Shown here: one piece after another, positions 49,470-59,012 of the stretch
Layout: each line of letters starts with the position of its first letter
Numbering within the stretch: the stretch's first letter is position 1
DNA from: Deltaproteobacteria bacterium
Lineage (GTDB): Bacteria > Desulfobacterota > Binatia > UBA1149 > CAITLU01
NCBI GenBank assembly: GCA_016218925.1
Contig: JACRCR010000080.1
Coordinates: forward strand, 2,730-66,729
DNA: 64,000 bases
Reading direction: 5' to 3'
Program-made: the position numbers and the translations under genes
Notes under the pieces: model-generated
Told to the model about the DNA's origin: nothing
What the model saw: the letters and a program-made list of their open reading frames with translations, nothing else
The model's database searches: none

Positions 49470-50105
49470 GTGGCCACGATCACGGCGCTGGCGGGAATCA
49501 ATGGCGCCGGCAAGAGCAGTGTGACGGGGCACTACCTACGCTCCAAAGGTGGGGCCTACTTCAACCCTGACGAAGCCGCTCGCGCGTACCGCAAACAGGA
49601 TCCTCACCTCACCCAGGAAGAGGCCAATAGCCGGGCCTGGCTCGACGGCAAGATCCTGCTCGAGGTCGCGATCCGCGACGATTTTGATCACGTCTTCGAG
49701 ACCACTCTCGGCGGCGAAACAATTCCGCGTCTCCTTGGAGAGGCGGTCGCAGCCGGCCACCTGGTGCGCGTTGTCTTCGTCGGTCTGGAGTCGGCAGACA
49801 AGCACATCGAGCGAGTCCGAGCGCGCGTGGCACGCGGCGGCCACGACATCGCCGAGGACACGATCCGGAAAAGATATCGCAGCAGTCGCCTCCACCTCGT
49901 CCAGCTGCTTCCTGCGCTGGGCGAACTCGTCCTCTTCGACAACAGTCTGGACGCCGATCCCGCCTCCGGTCACCGTCCCTCTTTGAAGAGGCTTCTGCAC
50001 ATGAAAGGCGGCGTGATCCTCCACATCGAGCACGACCTCGGCGCGGCGCAAGGATGGGCCAAACCGATCCTCGCGGCAGCTATGGGGTTTCAGTCGCGCG
50101 CGTGA
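49470..50105 (+). CDS. zeta-toxin-like P-loop kinase (AAA_33/COG4185-type) putative toxin
   Basis: Walker A GINGAGKSS and Walker B …VVFVGLESAD. Small size and tight coupling to the Phd-like gene. Confidence 0.6.
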   Translation: MATITALAGINGAGKSSVTGHYLRSKGGAYFNPDEAARAYRKQDPHLTQEEANSRAWLDGKILLEVAIRDDFDHVFETTLGGETIPRLLGEAVAAGHLVRVVFVGLESADKHIERVRARVARGGHDIAEDTIRKRYRSSRLHLVQLLPALGELVLFDNSLDADPASGHRPSLKRLLHMKGGVILHIEHDLGAAQGWAKPILAAAMGFQSRA

Positions 50106-50453
50106 TCAGAGCAACCAATCCTGCGCGTTGTCGGGCACCGTCTGGCCGAAGCGAACGCTCGCGACATGTACGGCCGGACGCCGGCAGGGTCGAGGACTGG
50201 CGCCACGCCTCGTCGGGTCGGCTGTTGTTTGCGTCCCGGGTTCTCCCTGATCGCGGCAATCGCTGCGGCAACCGAACGGGCAACGCATTTGTCAGTCGCG
50301 GTCGGGCCTCGGCGCAGGGCCATGAATCCGAAGGCTTTCTCAGGTCCGCGCGAGTTTGGATTCTGAGTTTTTCTCGAGCAGCGTACCAGCCTGCACGGCC
50401 GAACGCGCTATAGGCTGGCAAAGGTCGCTCCATACCAGTCCCGGAGGAGGCAG

Positions 50454-53400
50454 ATGCAGATCCCTCGACCGCTTCAGCTCGCGATGTGGGCCGCCGCCGT
50501 GACGTCACTCCTGTGCACCGCCGCAGCGCGGGCCGAGCTGCACGCGCTGGGTCACGAGTTCCGGCCGACCGCGCAGGAACGAACGGGCACGAATCCGTGC
50601 ACGACATCCGATGGCGTCACAGCCTCTCTGGCCTTTGTCTGCAATGAAGCCTATCCGGGGTCCGGCTGCGCCAACCGGGCCCTCGGAAAGCTGTTCGCAG
50701 AGTGGCGAACAGCCGAGGGGAACCTCGACTCAGGTCCGATTCTCATCGCCGAAGGCTACTACAGCTATCAGATCCCCTACTCGTGCTCCGGCGATGGCGC
50801 GATCATGCTGGTGCTCGATAGCAACGCGCGGGTCGTCGATCGCCAGGGCCTGCGGGGCGCCGCTTCGCCGGTCTGCACCGACGAGAGCTGCTTCGGCCCC
50901 TTCGGCGTCAGCGCACGCACCGGCGGCTTCCTCGTCGTCTGGCCACAGTATCACCGCGGCCTCGTGGGTCGTTTCTTCGACCAGGGCGGCGCGGCCATCT
51001 CCTCGACGTTTCTCGTCGACGGACCGCCGTCCGATGCGGCCCACCAGCAAAGAGGGCTGCTGCTGCCGGATGGTGATGTGCTGCTCGCGTGGAAAACAAG
51101 CGATCCGCCGGGTGTACGTGCCGGGATCGTGGGTAGCGACGGCTCGGTCGTACCGGCAATCCAGGTCAGTGAATTTCCCTACATCGACATTCTCTCGCCG
51201 CTCACGCTCGGTCTCGAAAGTGCCGATCGCGTTCTCATTGCGTGGGAGAACGAGCCGGAGCAGGCGGGCTGGGTGGCGCGCCGGGTGGTCACGGGCCACA
51301 ACGTGCCGACGACCACGACGAGCACGACGTCTACGACGCTGGACTCGGGCACGGCGTTCGCGGCGGCAAGAGAGCTAGGGACTCCCGCGGTCGGCGACGA
51401 CAGGTACTTGACGGACGCGCCCGGCCTCTTCGGCGATGGATCTGGGCACTGGTTCGCTGCGTGGCTCGATCACGTTCCGGTCGGCGACGCGGTCGAGCTC
51501 GGCGAGATGTGCTCCTCCTCGTCGGACGACGCGCGCCACTGGTCGGCGCCCCAGCCGTTCCACGCGGAAGACTATCCGGCGGCACTCGCATCGAGCGTCG
51601 CCGCAGATGACGGCGGTGTCGCGATTGCCGCCTGGGCCAGACACGATGGCGCAGCAGTTCTCTTCCGACGCTCGAGCGACGGCGGCCACAGCTGGACCCA
51701 GACAGGTTCGATCCATGTCGCCGAGGCCCCGGCGGAAGCGCAGAATCCTGTCTTCACCATCGCCAGCATCGCCGTCACGGCCGGTACGGACAGCACGTGG
51801 ATCGCGGCGTGGACGGAATACATCGATGACCAGCGTCCCTGCGAGGAAAACGACGACGGCTGCATCGACTACACCGACGTTACCCTGCTCTGTGCGATCC
51901 TATATTCGGTTTCCACCGACGGCGGACTGACCTGGTCGGGCGCGCAGACGATCGCAGGCGGCATATGCTGGGGCGGAGGCGATCTGCAGATTGCCGCGGA
52001 CGGCAACGGTACGTGGCTCAGCGTCTGGTCGGACTGGCGCGACGGCGGGGTGCATGGCGCGTACTCCTCGGACAACGGCGAACACTGGTCGTCACCGAAA
52101 ACGCTGCTCTCAGGAATCGACCTCGCTTCTTCGTCGCTGTCGATTGCCGGTCGCGACGGTCACTGGCTGATGGCGTTCAGTCAGTGGCTTTTCGATTGGC
52201 CGACCGACCCGTTCGCGAACGAGTACGCGCGAGTCTTCGTGTCCCATTCGGCGGATCTGTCCGGCGACTGGAGCGCTCCGGCCGGGATCGCACCATGGCA
52301 CGATCGCGTCGATGGAAAAGACCTGTACCCGTCAATGGCCGCCAGCGAGGATGGCTCATTTGGGCTCGCATGGTCCACATATTCGGCGGGCAGCGGACTG
52401 GACGCGGACATCGTCGCGGCCTTCTCCAGCGACTCGGGGCAAACGTGGAGCCGCGCGCACACGGTCGATACCGAGGCCAATGCCGATGCGCGCAACGACC
52501 TCAGCCCGCGCCTCGTTCGGGCCGGTGCCGCATGGGCAGTCCTCTGGCGCACGCTCGAGCCGTCGGGGCATCGGACGATCCGCTTCGCGCGCACGCGCGG
52601 CAACTGTGGCAACGGCGTGGTGGATTCCACCGAGCAGTGCGACGACGGTAACCTCGTCGAAGGGGACGGCTGCGACAGCACCTGCCTGGCGACGGGTTGC
52701 GGCAGCCAGATCGTCACCGGCGCAGAGGAATGCGATGACGGCAACACCGACGACACGGATGCGTGCATCTCGTGCGACGCTGCCTTCTGCGGTGACGGAT
52801 TCACATGGAACGACGTCGAGGAATGCGACGACGCCAACGACATCGACACCGACGCCTGCCTCGACAACTGCAAGCGGGCCAGATGCGGCGACGGGGAGCT
52901 GCGGCCAGATGCGGAGAGCTGCGACGATGGCGACACTTCCGGCAACAACGACGATTGTCTGAACGATTGCGCGATCGCTCGCTGCGGCGACGGCTATCTC
53001 CATCTCGGCACGGATGAATGCGACGACGGCAACCTCGCCGGCGGTGACGGGTGCGACGGGAGTTGCAGGCTCGAAGCGGACTGCGGCTTCTTCACGAAAT
53101 CGGGCCTGCGCGTCACGGCGTCCGACGCGCTCTTGGTCCTGAAGACGGCCGTGGGCCTCACGTCACTCTGCCCGATGCGCAGCTGCGACCGAGACCACGA
53201 CGGAAGCGTCACCGCCGTCGACGCACTGTGGACATTGCGTTGCGCCGTCGGGATTTTCCCCGACGGATGCGTGCTGCCGAGCCGCCTGGTACTTCGAATG
53301 ATCTCGAGCGAAAAGCTCGGCGCTCTGCAGGTGAATATGAGTTACATCGACGCGGCCGGTCACGTGGTTGCGAAGCGAGACGGAAAGCCCGCGTGCCAGG

Positions 53401-53633
53401 TGCTCGTTTCGTCGGTCTCGTCCGCACTGAACTGGATTCCGGACCAGGGCGAGCTGAGGCTGGGGATGATTTCGCTCGGCGGATTCCAGGGGCCGCTCGA
53501 CCTTCTGACATGCCAGTACGACCCGGTTTCAGGACCGTCGCTGCACGATTTCCGCGTCACCGTCGTGGACGCGAGCGGGCTCGACACCAACGCCACCGAG
53601 CCGCCGCCGACAGTGACGCTGACGGCGGAGTGA
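50454..53633 (+). CDS. large secreted BNR/Asp-box (sialidase-like beta-propeller) protein with Myxococcales-type Cys-rich repeats and C-terminal dockerin-like module
   Basis: Signal peptide. Four SxDxGxTW Asp-boxes (SSDGGHSWT, STDGGLTWS, SSDNGEHWS, SSDSGQTWS). At least six C.DG…ECDDGN repeats. Dockerin-like ASDALLVLKTAVG…DRDHDGSVTAVDALWTLRCAVG. GGAGGAGG RBS. Confidence 0.7.
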   Translation: MQIPRPLQLAMWAAAVTSLLCTAAARAELHALGHEFRPTAQERTGTNPCTTSDGVTASLAFVCNEAYPGSGCANRALGKLFAEWRTAEGNLDSGPILIAEGYYSYQIPYSCSGDGAIMLVLDSNARVVDRQGLRGAASPVCTDESCFGPFGVSARTGGFLVVWPQYHRGLVGRFFDQGGAAISSTFLVDGPPSDAAHQQRGLLLPDGDVLLAWKTSDPPGVRAGIVGSDGSVVPAIQVSEFPYIDILSPLTLGLESADRVLIAWENEPEQAGWVARRVVTGHNVPTTTTSTTSTTLDSGTAFAAARELGTPAVGDDRYLTDAPGLFGDGSGHWFAAWLDHVPVGDAVELGEMCSSSSDDARHWSAPQPFHAEDYPAALASSVAADDGGVAIAAWARHDGAAVLFRRSSDGGHSWTQTGSIHVAEAPAEAQNPVFTIASIAVTAGTDSTWIAAWTEYIDDQRPCEENDDGCIDYTDVTLLCAILYSVSTDGGLTWSGAQTIAGGICWGGGDLQIAADGNGTWLSVWSDWRDGGVHGAYSSDNGEHWSSPKTLLSGIDLASSSLSIAGRDGHWLMAFSQWLFDWPTDPFANEYARVFVSHSADLSGDWSAPAGIAPWHDRVDGKDLYPSMAASEDGSFGLAWSTYSAGSGLDADIVAAFSSDSGQTWSRAHTVDTEANADARNDLSPRLVRAGAAWAVLWRTLEPSGHRTIRFARTRGNCGNGVVDSTEQCDDGNLVEGDGCDSTCLATGCGSQIVTGAEECDDGNTDDTDACISCDAAFCGDGFTWNDVEECDDANDIDTDACLDNCKRARCGDGELRPDAESCDDGDTSGNNDDCLNDCAIARCGDGYLHLGTDECDDGNLAGGDGCDGSCRLEADCGFFTKSGLRVTASDALLVLKTAVGLTSLCPMRSCDRDHDGSVTAVDALWTLRCAVGIFPDGCVLPSRLVLRMISSEKLGALQVNMSYIDAAGHVVAKRDGKPACQVLVSSVSSALNWIPDQGELRLGMISLGGFQGPLDLLTCQYDPVSGPSLHDFRVTVVDASGLDTNATEPPPTVTLTAE

Positions 53634-53656
53634 CGGGTCCGTGCCGCGGATCTCCC

Positions 53657-55162
53657 TCACCGCTCCAACTCCGTCATCTCCCCCGCGCGGCGAACGATGC
53701 TGTCGATCATGTCGCGAAAAATGAACGCGTGAAACGGCAGCATCGAATACCAATACAGCCGTCCCATGACGCCGTCCGGCAGGTGGTAAGCAGTCTGGAT
53801 CAGCGTCTGTCCTTCGATCTTGAACTCGAGCCACGCCTTTCCGAAGACATTCATGTGCGCCATGAGCAGCAGTCTGTGGTCCGGCTGAAGATCGATCACC
53901 CGCCAGACGTCGACCAGATCGCCAACGCGCAACTCGTCCTCGGCGCGGCGCCCGATCGATGTTCCGAAGCCGCCGGCCAGCTTGTCGAGCAGGCCGCGAA
54001 GCTGCCACAAGACGTTGAAGCGAAACCAGCCCCGCTCTCCGCCGATCGACGTGACCGCGCGGAAGACGCGGCTTGCGGGAAGCTCGCCAAAACTCGTTCG
54101 CTTGACGTCGCGAAAGGTCGCCAGTGCGAGATCGTCACCGTCGTCCTCGAAGGAAACGCCCATCAGGCTCTCGGTCCAACGACTGCTCACCTCGTCCTGC
54201 TCGTGCGCGTGGACAGCGTCGGCAACCGCAGACTCGAGCGAAGCGTAGGAACCACCTCGCGCCGTCGCCCAGGATTCGTCCGCGCGCAACGCGTGACGAT
54301 CGCTCCGCTCAGAACAAATGAGCGAAAGGAACTGACTCGAAAGGCCGCGCGACAAAGGAGTCGCCAGCAGCATCAGCCAAGCCGAAAGTCGCGGGAGTGA
54401 GACCGGTACCGAGACGGTCATCCGTTTCATGCCAAGCGCCCGACCCGTCGCTTGCACCATCTCGCGCACGCTGGCGGGAGCCGGACCGATGTCGGCGACG
54501 ATGTCGCCTCGCACCGAAACCTCACTGGCCGCTACCAGATCGCTGAGCACATCGGCCAGCGCGATCCATCCGATCGGACGGTTCATCCAGCGCGGCACCA
54601 GCAGCACAGGAAACCGATCCACGAGGTGGACGATCACGTCGAAGAGCGCGCTACCTCGGCCGAGTACGAAGCCGGCCCTGAGCCACAGTGTCTGAATCTG
54701 CTGCGGGCGGGCCGCCAGGACCGAGCCGACATCGGCCACCGCCGAACCGGCCGCCGAGGCGTCCGAGGCCAGGCCCGGAGGAGGGCCCAGATAGACGATG
54801 CGGCGGACGCCAGCCTGAATGCAGGCATCGCGCAACCGCCGCGCGAATTCCGACAGCCGCCTGGACACGTCGCCATCCACTCCCAGCAAGCCGATCGGAA
54901 AGTAGGCGACCTCGATGTCTCGCACCGCGCGGCGCAGGGCCTCGTCATCCAGCGGATCACCGACGAAGACCTCGGCGATGCGGCCGGCCAGTTCGCGGAT
55001 CCGGGTCGGATCCTTCACCAGTACCCTGAGGCATACGTCGGGCCGATCCAGAAAACGGCCAACCAGCATTCTTCCCAGATAGCCCGCCGGGCCGACGACC
55101 AGGATTTTCCTGGGTTCCGTCGTCACGACGTCGCCCCATCTTCGGGCCCGACGCGCGGCCAC
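53657..55162 (-). CDS. NAD(P)-binding (NmrA/atypical SDR-like) protein with C-terminal DUF2867-like domain
   Basis: Rossmann motif ILVVGPAGYLGRML. The C-terminal ~180 aa resembles DUF2867. Confidence 0.6.
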   Translation of the reverse strand: MAARRARRWGDVVTTEPRKILVVGPAGYLGRMLVGRFLDRPDVCLRVLVKDPTRIRELAGRIAEVFVGDPLDDEALRRAVRDIEVAYFPIGLLGVDGDVSRRLSEFARRLRDACIQAGVRRIVYLGPPPGLASDASAAGSAVADVGSVLAARPQQIQTLWLRAGFVLGRGSALFDVIVHLVDRFPVLLVPRWMNRPIGWIALADVLSDLVAASEVSVRGDIVADIGPAPASVREMVQATGRALGMKRMTVSVPVSLPRLSAWLMLLATPLSRGLSSQFLSLICSERSDRHALRADESWATARGGSYASLESAVADAVHAHEQDEVSSRWTESLMGVSFEDDGDDLALATFRDVKRTSFGELPASRVFRAVTSIGGERGWFRFNVLWQLRGLLDKLAGGFGTSIGRRAEDELRVGDLVDVWRVIDLQPDHRLLLMAHMNVFGKAWLEFKIEGQTLIQTAYHLPDGVMGRLYWYSMLPFHAFIFRDMIDSIVRRAGEMTELER

Positions 55163-55217
55163 CAGGCAGCACCAACGCGTCGAGTCACATCAGGCGGGTG
55201 AGGCATGCGCACGATCA

Positions 55218-56942
55218 CTAGCGCGTCGAACCGCATTCCGTCGGGCGCTCGGCGATCGACTTATCCAGAAAACCGCAAGGGCACAACTCTATGCACTTGC
55301 CGCAGCCCTCGCAGCGATCAAGGGCCAGCGCGAAGTAGGCTCCAGGCTGCGTCGCCGCAAGCCGCGTGAAGCCACCGACGTTGCAGTACATGGAGCAACG
55401 CTGGCAACCAAAGCACGAGCCGCACGAAAAACATCGCATCGCCTCGCGGGCGAAGTCGGCGTCATCGATCGTGTCGGCGATTTCACGCTCGGGTTGCTCC
55501 AGCCGCTCGCCGGCCGGCAGCTTGGCTATGACGAGCGGCGCCGATCCTTCGTAACAGTCGGCTTTGATCCGATCGCTTGAAATGCCCGCGGCAACGCTCG
55601 GCGCCGGCGGCGCGAGGCCACGCAACCGCGCGTGTACGGCTTCGGCCGCCGCGCGTCCGTGACCGAGCGCCAGACTTACCAGCCCGAGACCCAGCACGTC
55701 TCCACCTGCGAGCAGGTCGCGATCGATCCACGCATCGGGTGAAGCCGCCGACGCACCAAGCGATCGTTCGACGTTCTCCAAGCCGGTCCAATCGGGCTCC
55801 TGCGAAACCGCGGCGATCACCGAGTCCGCGCATATCTCGCGAAACGCGCCGGGAACCGGGACCGGGGACCTGCGTCCTCCCGCGTCCGGCGCGCCCAGCT
55901 GCATCGCCTGTACTCTTACCGCCCGCACGGCGGCGTCCTGATCGGAGCCGCTGCGCACTATCGCCACCGGCGCCGTCAGATACTCGATGACGACGCCTTC
56001 GACCAGCGCGTCGTCCACTTCGTCGGAGATCGCCGGCATCTCCTGGCGCGTTCGGCGATAGATCAGTGTCACTTCCGCCCCGGCGCGGCGCGCGGTACGC
56101 GCCGCATCGATCGCGGTGTTGCCGCCGCCGACAACGACCACGCGGCTTCCGAGGCTGACCGGGCGTCCGGAGTTCACCAGTTCGAGATACGCGGTCCCTC
56201 CCCACACTCCCGGCCCGCTTTCTCCGTCGATCTGCAGCAGGCGACCGCGCTGCGCGCCGATGCCGAGGAACACCACGGCGTGGCGTCGATGCAGTTCCTC
56301 GACGGAAACGTCGCTACCCACAGCGACGCCGAGTTCCAGGCGAATCCCGAGATCGAAGATCCGCTCTATCTCGGCATCCACGACGGCCGCGGGCAGGCGA
56401 TACTCCGGAATCCCATAGGTGAGCATTCCGCCCGGCCGGTCGTGCTTTTCGTACACGGTCACCGGATACCCGCGCCGCGCCATCTGGTAGGCGAAACTCA
56501 GACCCGCGGGACCTGAGCCGACCACTCCGATGGACTCCGGGTGGCTGTGGTCGTTCTCGCGCGGCAACGAAACGCCACGCTCCAGAGACCAATCGCCGAC
56601 GAAGCGCTCGAGCGCATTGATGCTCACCGGCCCGTCGTGATCCCCGCGGTTGCACGCCGACTCGCACGGATGTGGGCACACGCGGCCGGTCGTGGCCGGC
56701 ATCGGATTGCGCGCAGCCAGGACGTTCCACGCGCCCAGGCGCGCTTCTTCCTCGCTCAGACCAAGCTTCTCGCGCTGGGCAAAGATGCCCAGCCATCCGC
56801 GAACGTCGCCGCCTGCGGGGCACCCGGCCTGACAAGGAGGCGCTTTGACGTGACGCTCCGGCCGCGTGACTTGCAGCCGGAATTCGTCCTCGTGGCCGAC
56901 GCTCGGGTCGTGCGGCGCAGGCCGCGTGGGGTCGCCGGGCAT
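55218..56942 (-). CDS. glutamate synthase small-subunit-like NAD(P)H:FAD oxidoreductase with C-terminal 2x[4Fe-4S] ferredoxin domain (AegA/YgfT/SudA-like)
   Basis: N-terminal Fe-S Cys motifs (CQAGCPAGG…CPHPCESACNRG). FAD (GVVGSGPAGLSFA) and NAD (VVVVGGGNTAID) Rossmann motifs. The C-terminus carries CFSCGSCFGCQRC…CEGCGKCIELCPCG. Confidence 0.75.
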   Translation of the reverse strand: MPGDPTRPAPHDPSVGHEDEFRLQVTRPERHVKAPPCQAGCPAGGDVRGWLGIFAQREKLGLSEEEARLGAWNVLAARNPMPATTGRVCPHPCESACNRGDHDGPVSINALERFVGDWSLERGVSLPRENDHSHPESIGVVGSGPAGLSFAYQMARRGYPVTVYEKHDRPGGMLTYGIPEYRLPAAVVDAEIERIFDLGIRLELGVAVGSDVSVEELHRRHAVVFLGIGAQRGRLLQIDGESGPGVWGGTAYLELVNSGRPVSLGSRVVVVGGGNTAIDAARTARRAGAEVTLIYRRTRQEMPAISDEVDDALVEGVVIEYLTAPVAIVRSGSDQDAAVRAVRVQAMQLGAPDAGGRRSPVPVPGAFREICADSVIAAVSQEPDWTGLENVERSLGASAASPDAWIDRDLLAGGDVLGLGLVSLALGHGRAAAEAVHARLRGLAPPAPSVAAGISSDRIKADCYEGSAPLVIAKLPAGERLEQPEREIADTIDDADFAREAMRCFSCGSCFGCQRCSMYCNVGGFTRLAATQPGAYFALALDRCEGCGKCIELCPCGFLDKSIAERPTECGSTR

Positions 56943-56945
56943 GGG

Positions 56946-57371
56946 CTATGCTTCCTTACGTTGCGGACTTGCCGCTCCCGCACTGGCCGCCTCGCGCTGT
57001 TCGAGGCGACGCCTCAGCTCGACGACCTCGGCGCTGAGGCTTCGTACACGCGCGCCCATGCTGTGCAGGGTGTGGAACGCCAGGGTCGGATCCTCGCGTA
57101 CCCGGCGCAGGAAGGTGCGCCGGTCGATCGTCAGGACGCGCGCCTGTCCGAGCGCGCGCACCGTGGCCGAGCGCCGCTCGTGATCCAGAATCGCCATCTC
57201 CCCGAAAGTGTCGCCGCGCTGCAGGATCGTGAGCTGCGCTTCACCACCGGCGTCTCCTCGCACAACCTGCACGCGGCCCACCTGGACGACGAACATGCAG
57301 TTGCCGACGTCGCCCTGCGCAACGATCGTTTCCCCGTCTTCGTAGAGTTTCCCCAAGCCGCTGATACTCAC
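56946..57371 (-). CDS. stand-alone cyclic-nucleotide-binding domain protein (no DNA-binding domain)
   Basis: cNMP phosphate-binding cassette (GDTFGEMAILDHERRSATVRA) followed by a C-terminal predicted coiled coil. Only 141 aa. Its start overlaps the stop of the upstream gene. Confidence 0.75.
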   Translation of the reverse strand: MSISGLGKLYEDGETIVAQGDVGNCMFVVQVGRVQVVRGDAGGEAQLTILQRGDTFGEMAILDHERRSATVRALGQARVLTIDRRTFLRRVREDPTLAFHTLHSMGARVRSLSAEVVELRRRLEQREAASAGAASPQRKEA

Positions 57372-58789
57372 TGCGAACTCCCCGTCGCACTGGAACGTCC
57401 GACTTTCGGCAAATTTGCCGCAACCAGGTTGCCGAGCAGTCCGGCAAGAAAGCTCGGGTGGCAGCCACGCATCATGACGTCGTTGTATGGAGCACTACCG
57501 GAAAACACGTCCCACAGGATGCCGCTCAGCCGGCGCGCCGACGTCTTACTTTGCTGCTCCAGCGTCGTCATGCGCAGCAAGGCCCGGCGCGTGAAGCGGA
57601 ACCGTTGGAAGAGGTGGCTCCCTTGAAAGACCGCTCTGCCGATCGCGTTGTCGCGGGTGATCGCACGGCAGGTTGGCGCGAAATAGTCGCGGAAGTTCTC
57701 TTCGCCGATGCCGTGAAGCACCGCGGTCAAGGCGGCCGCCTTCGCAGTGCGATACGAGGACCCGATGCCATCCTTGTAGAGACGGGTGACCCCGCAGTCG
57801 CCGATCATCACGAAACGATCGCCGAACGGCTGGGGATGCTGCCGGACGTTGATTCGCGGAAAGCAGTGGCAGACGTTGTCGGGAACCCGCCCGCCCGGAA
57901 AGCATTCGCGCACCTGCGGCGTGTTCAGGAACGCGTTGACGAGCGCTTCGTCTACGTCGTGCCCGAGCATGCACATCGTCACGTACTCGCCCTTGGGAAT
58001 CAGTGCGGCGAACTCGAGGCGCGGCAAGTCGATGAGAAACACGTGCATCGAGTTCCCGAAGTACGCATCGACCACGTCGCTTCCGAGGTGAAACTCGCAG
58101 ATGAACGTCGTCAACGTCTGTGCGCGCCGCGGTTGAGTCCCAGGCGGCGCGATCTGTCCGGCCAGAGCCGTATTGATACCGGCAGCGACGGCGACGAAAT
58201 CGTAGCTGCCACCATCGCCCTCGGCGCAGGCTATCCGCGCCTCCGACGGCGAGAACTCCACTCCGGTCACCAGCCGCCGGCGCAGAGTCGCGCCGTGCTC
58301 GCACGCCAGTTCCTGCAGGAAGCGATCGAATCCGAGCAGCATCCGCGGCTCGGAGGAACGCGGGCCGTTGCCGCGATACACTGCCGCTATTCGTTGCTCC
58401 TGCAGCGGCGTCTCGATGCGGACCTGCCCCACGTCCATGTGCAACTGGTACGAATCGATGCCGCGCTGCACGGCGTCGAGAGGCAGGTTGACGCCTTCTG
58501 CCGCCAGGAGCTGCACCAGCGACTCGGAGACGATGCCGCCGCAGTGGTTGCAGCCCGCGGGTCCGCAATGGGTGAAAGGACGGGGCTCGAAGATGTCGAC
58601 CTTCAGGTCGAGATCGACGAGGTGGGCGAGATTGAGCAGGAAGTACGAGAAGAACGACCCGGCGGGACCGCCGCCCACCACCGCCACACGGGCACCGTCC
58701 TCGAGAGTCAGCGGCGGCCGCCCAGCGCGCGCATCGGACGCTGCGGCCCTACCTGTGCGAAAGCTGATCATGACCAGGCCTAACCTCAC
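57368..58789 (-). CDS. FAD-dependent oxidoreductase (GG-reductase/FixC-like superfamily) with Cys-rich insert
   Basis: GxGxxG (VAVVGGGPAGSFFSYF) and an unusual HCGPAGCNHCGG motif. Confidence 0.65.
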   Translation of the reverse strand: MRLGLVMISFRTGRAAASDARAGRPPLTLEDGARVAVVGGGPAGSFFSYFLLNLAHLVDLDLKVDIFEPRPFTHCGPAGCNHCGGIVSESLVQLLAAEGVNLPLDAVQRGIDSYQLHMDVGQVRIETPLQEQRIAAVYRGNGPRSSEPRMLLGFDRFLQELACEHGATLRRRLVTGVEFSPSEARIACAEGDGGSYDFVAVAAGINTALAGQIAPPGTQPRRAQTLTTFICEFHLGSDVVDAYFGNSMHVFLIDLPRLEFAALIPKGEYVTMCMLGHDVDEALVNAFLNTPQVRECFPGGRVPDNVCHCFPRINVRQHPQPFGDRFVMIGDCGVTRLYKDGIGSSYRTAKAAALTAVLHGIGEENFRDYFAPTCRAITRDNAIGRAVFQGSHLFQRFRFTRRALLRMTTLEQQSKTSARRLSGILWDVFSGSAPYNDVMMRGCHPSFLAGLLGNLVAANLPKVGRSSATGSSQ

Positions 58790-59012
58790 ACATGGAGCGA
58801 GACCAACACGACTGGTTCGTCGTCTTCCTTGCTGTCTTGTAGCGGCCCGGCCAGGATACCGCCATAGTGAACGGGCAAGATCTGCCGCGCATGGGACGCG
58901 CCATCAGGGGGACGGTCCCAGGAGCCGGGCGCGAGCCTCTCTTTAGCGAGGATATGACTCGATGATCCGCCTGCGGACGGGGTTCTCGCCGGGCGCGAAG
59001 CGTCTGCGCGCG

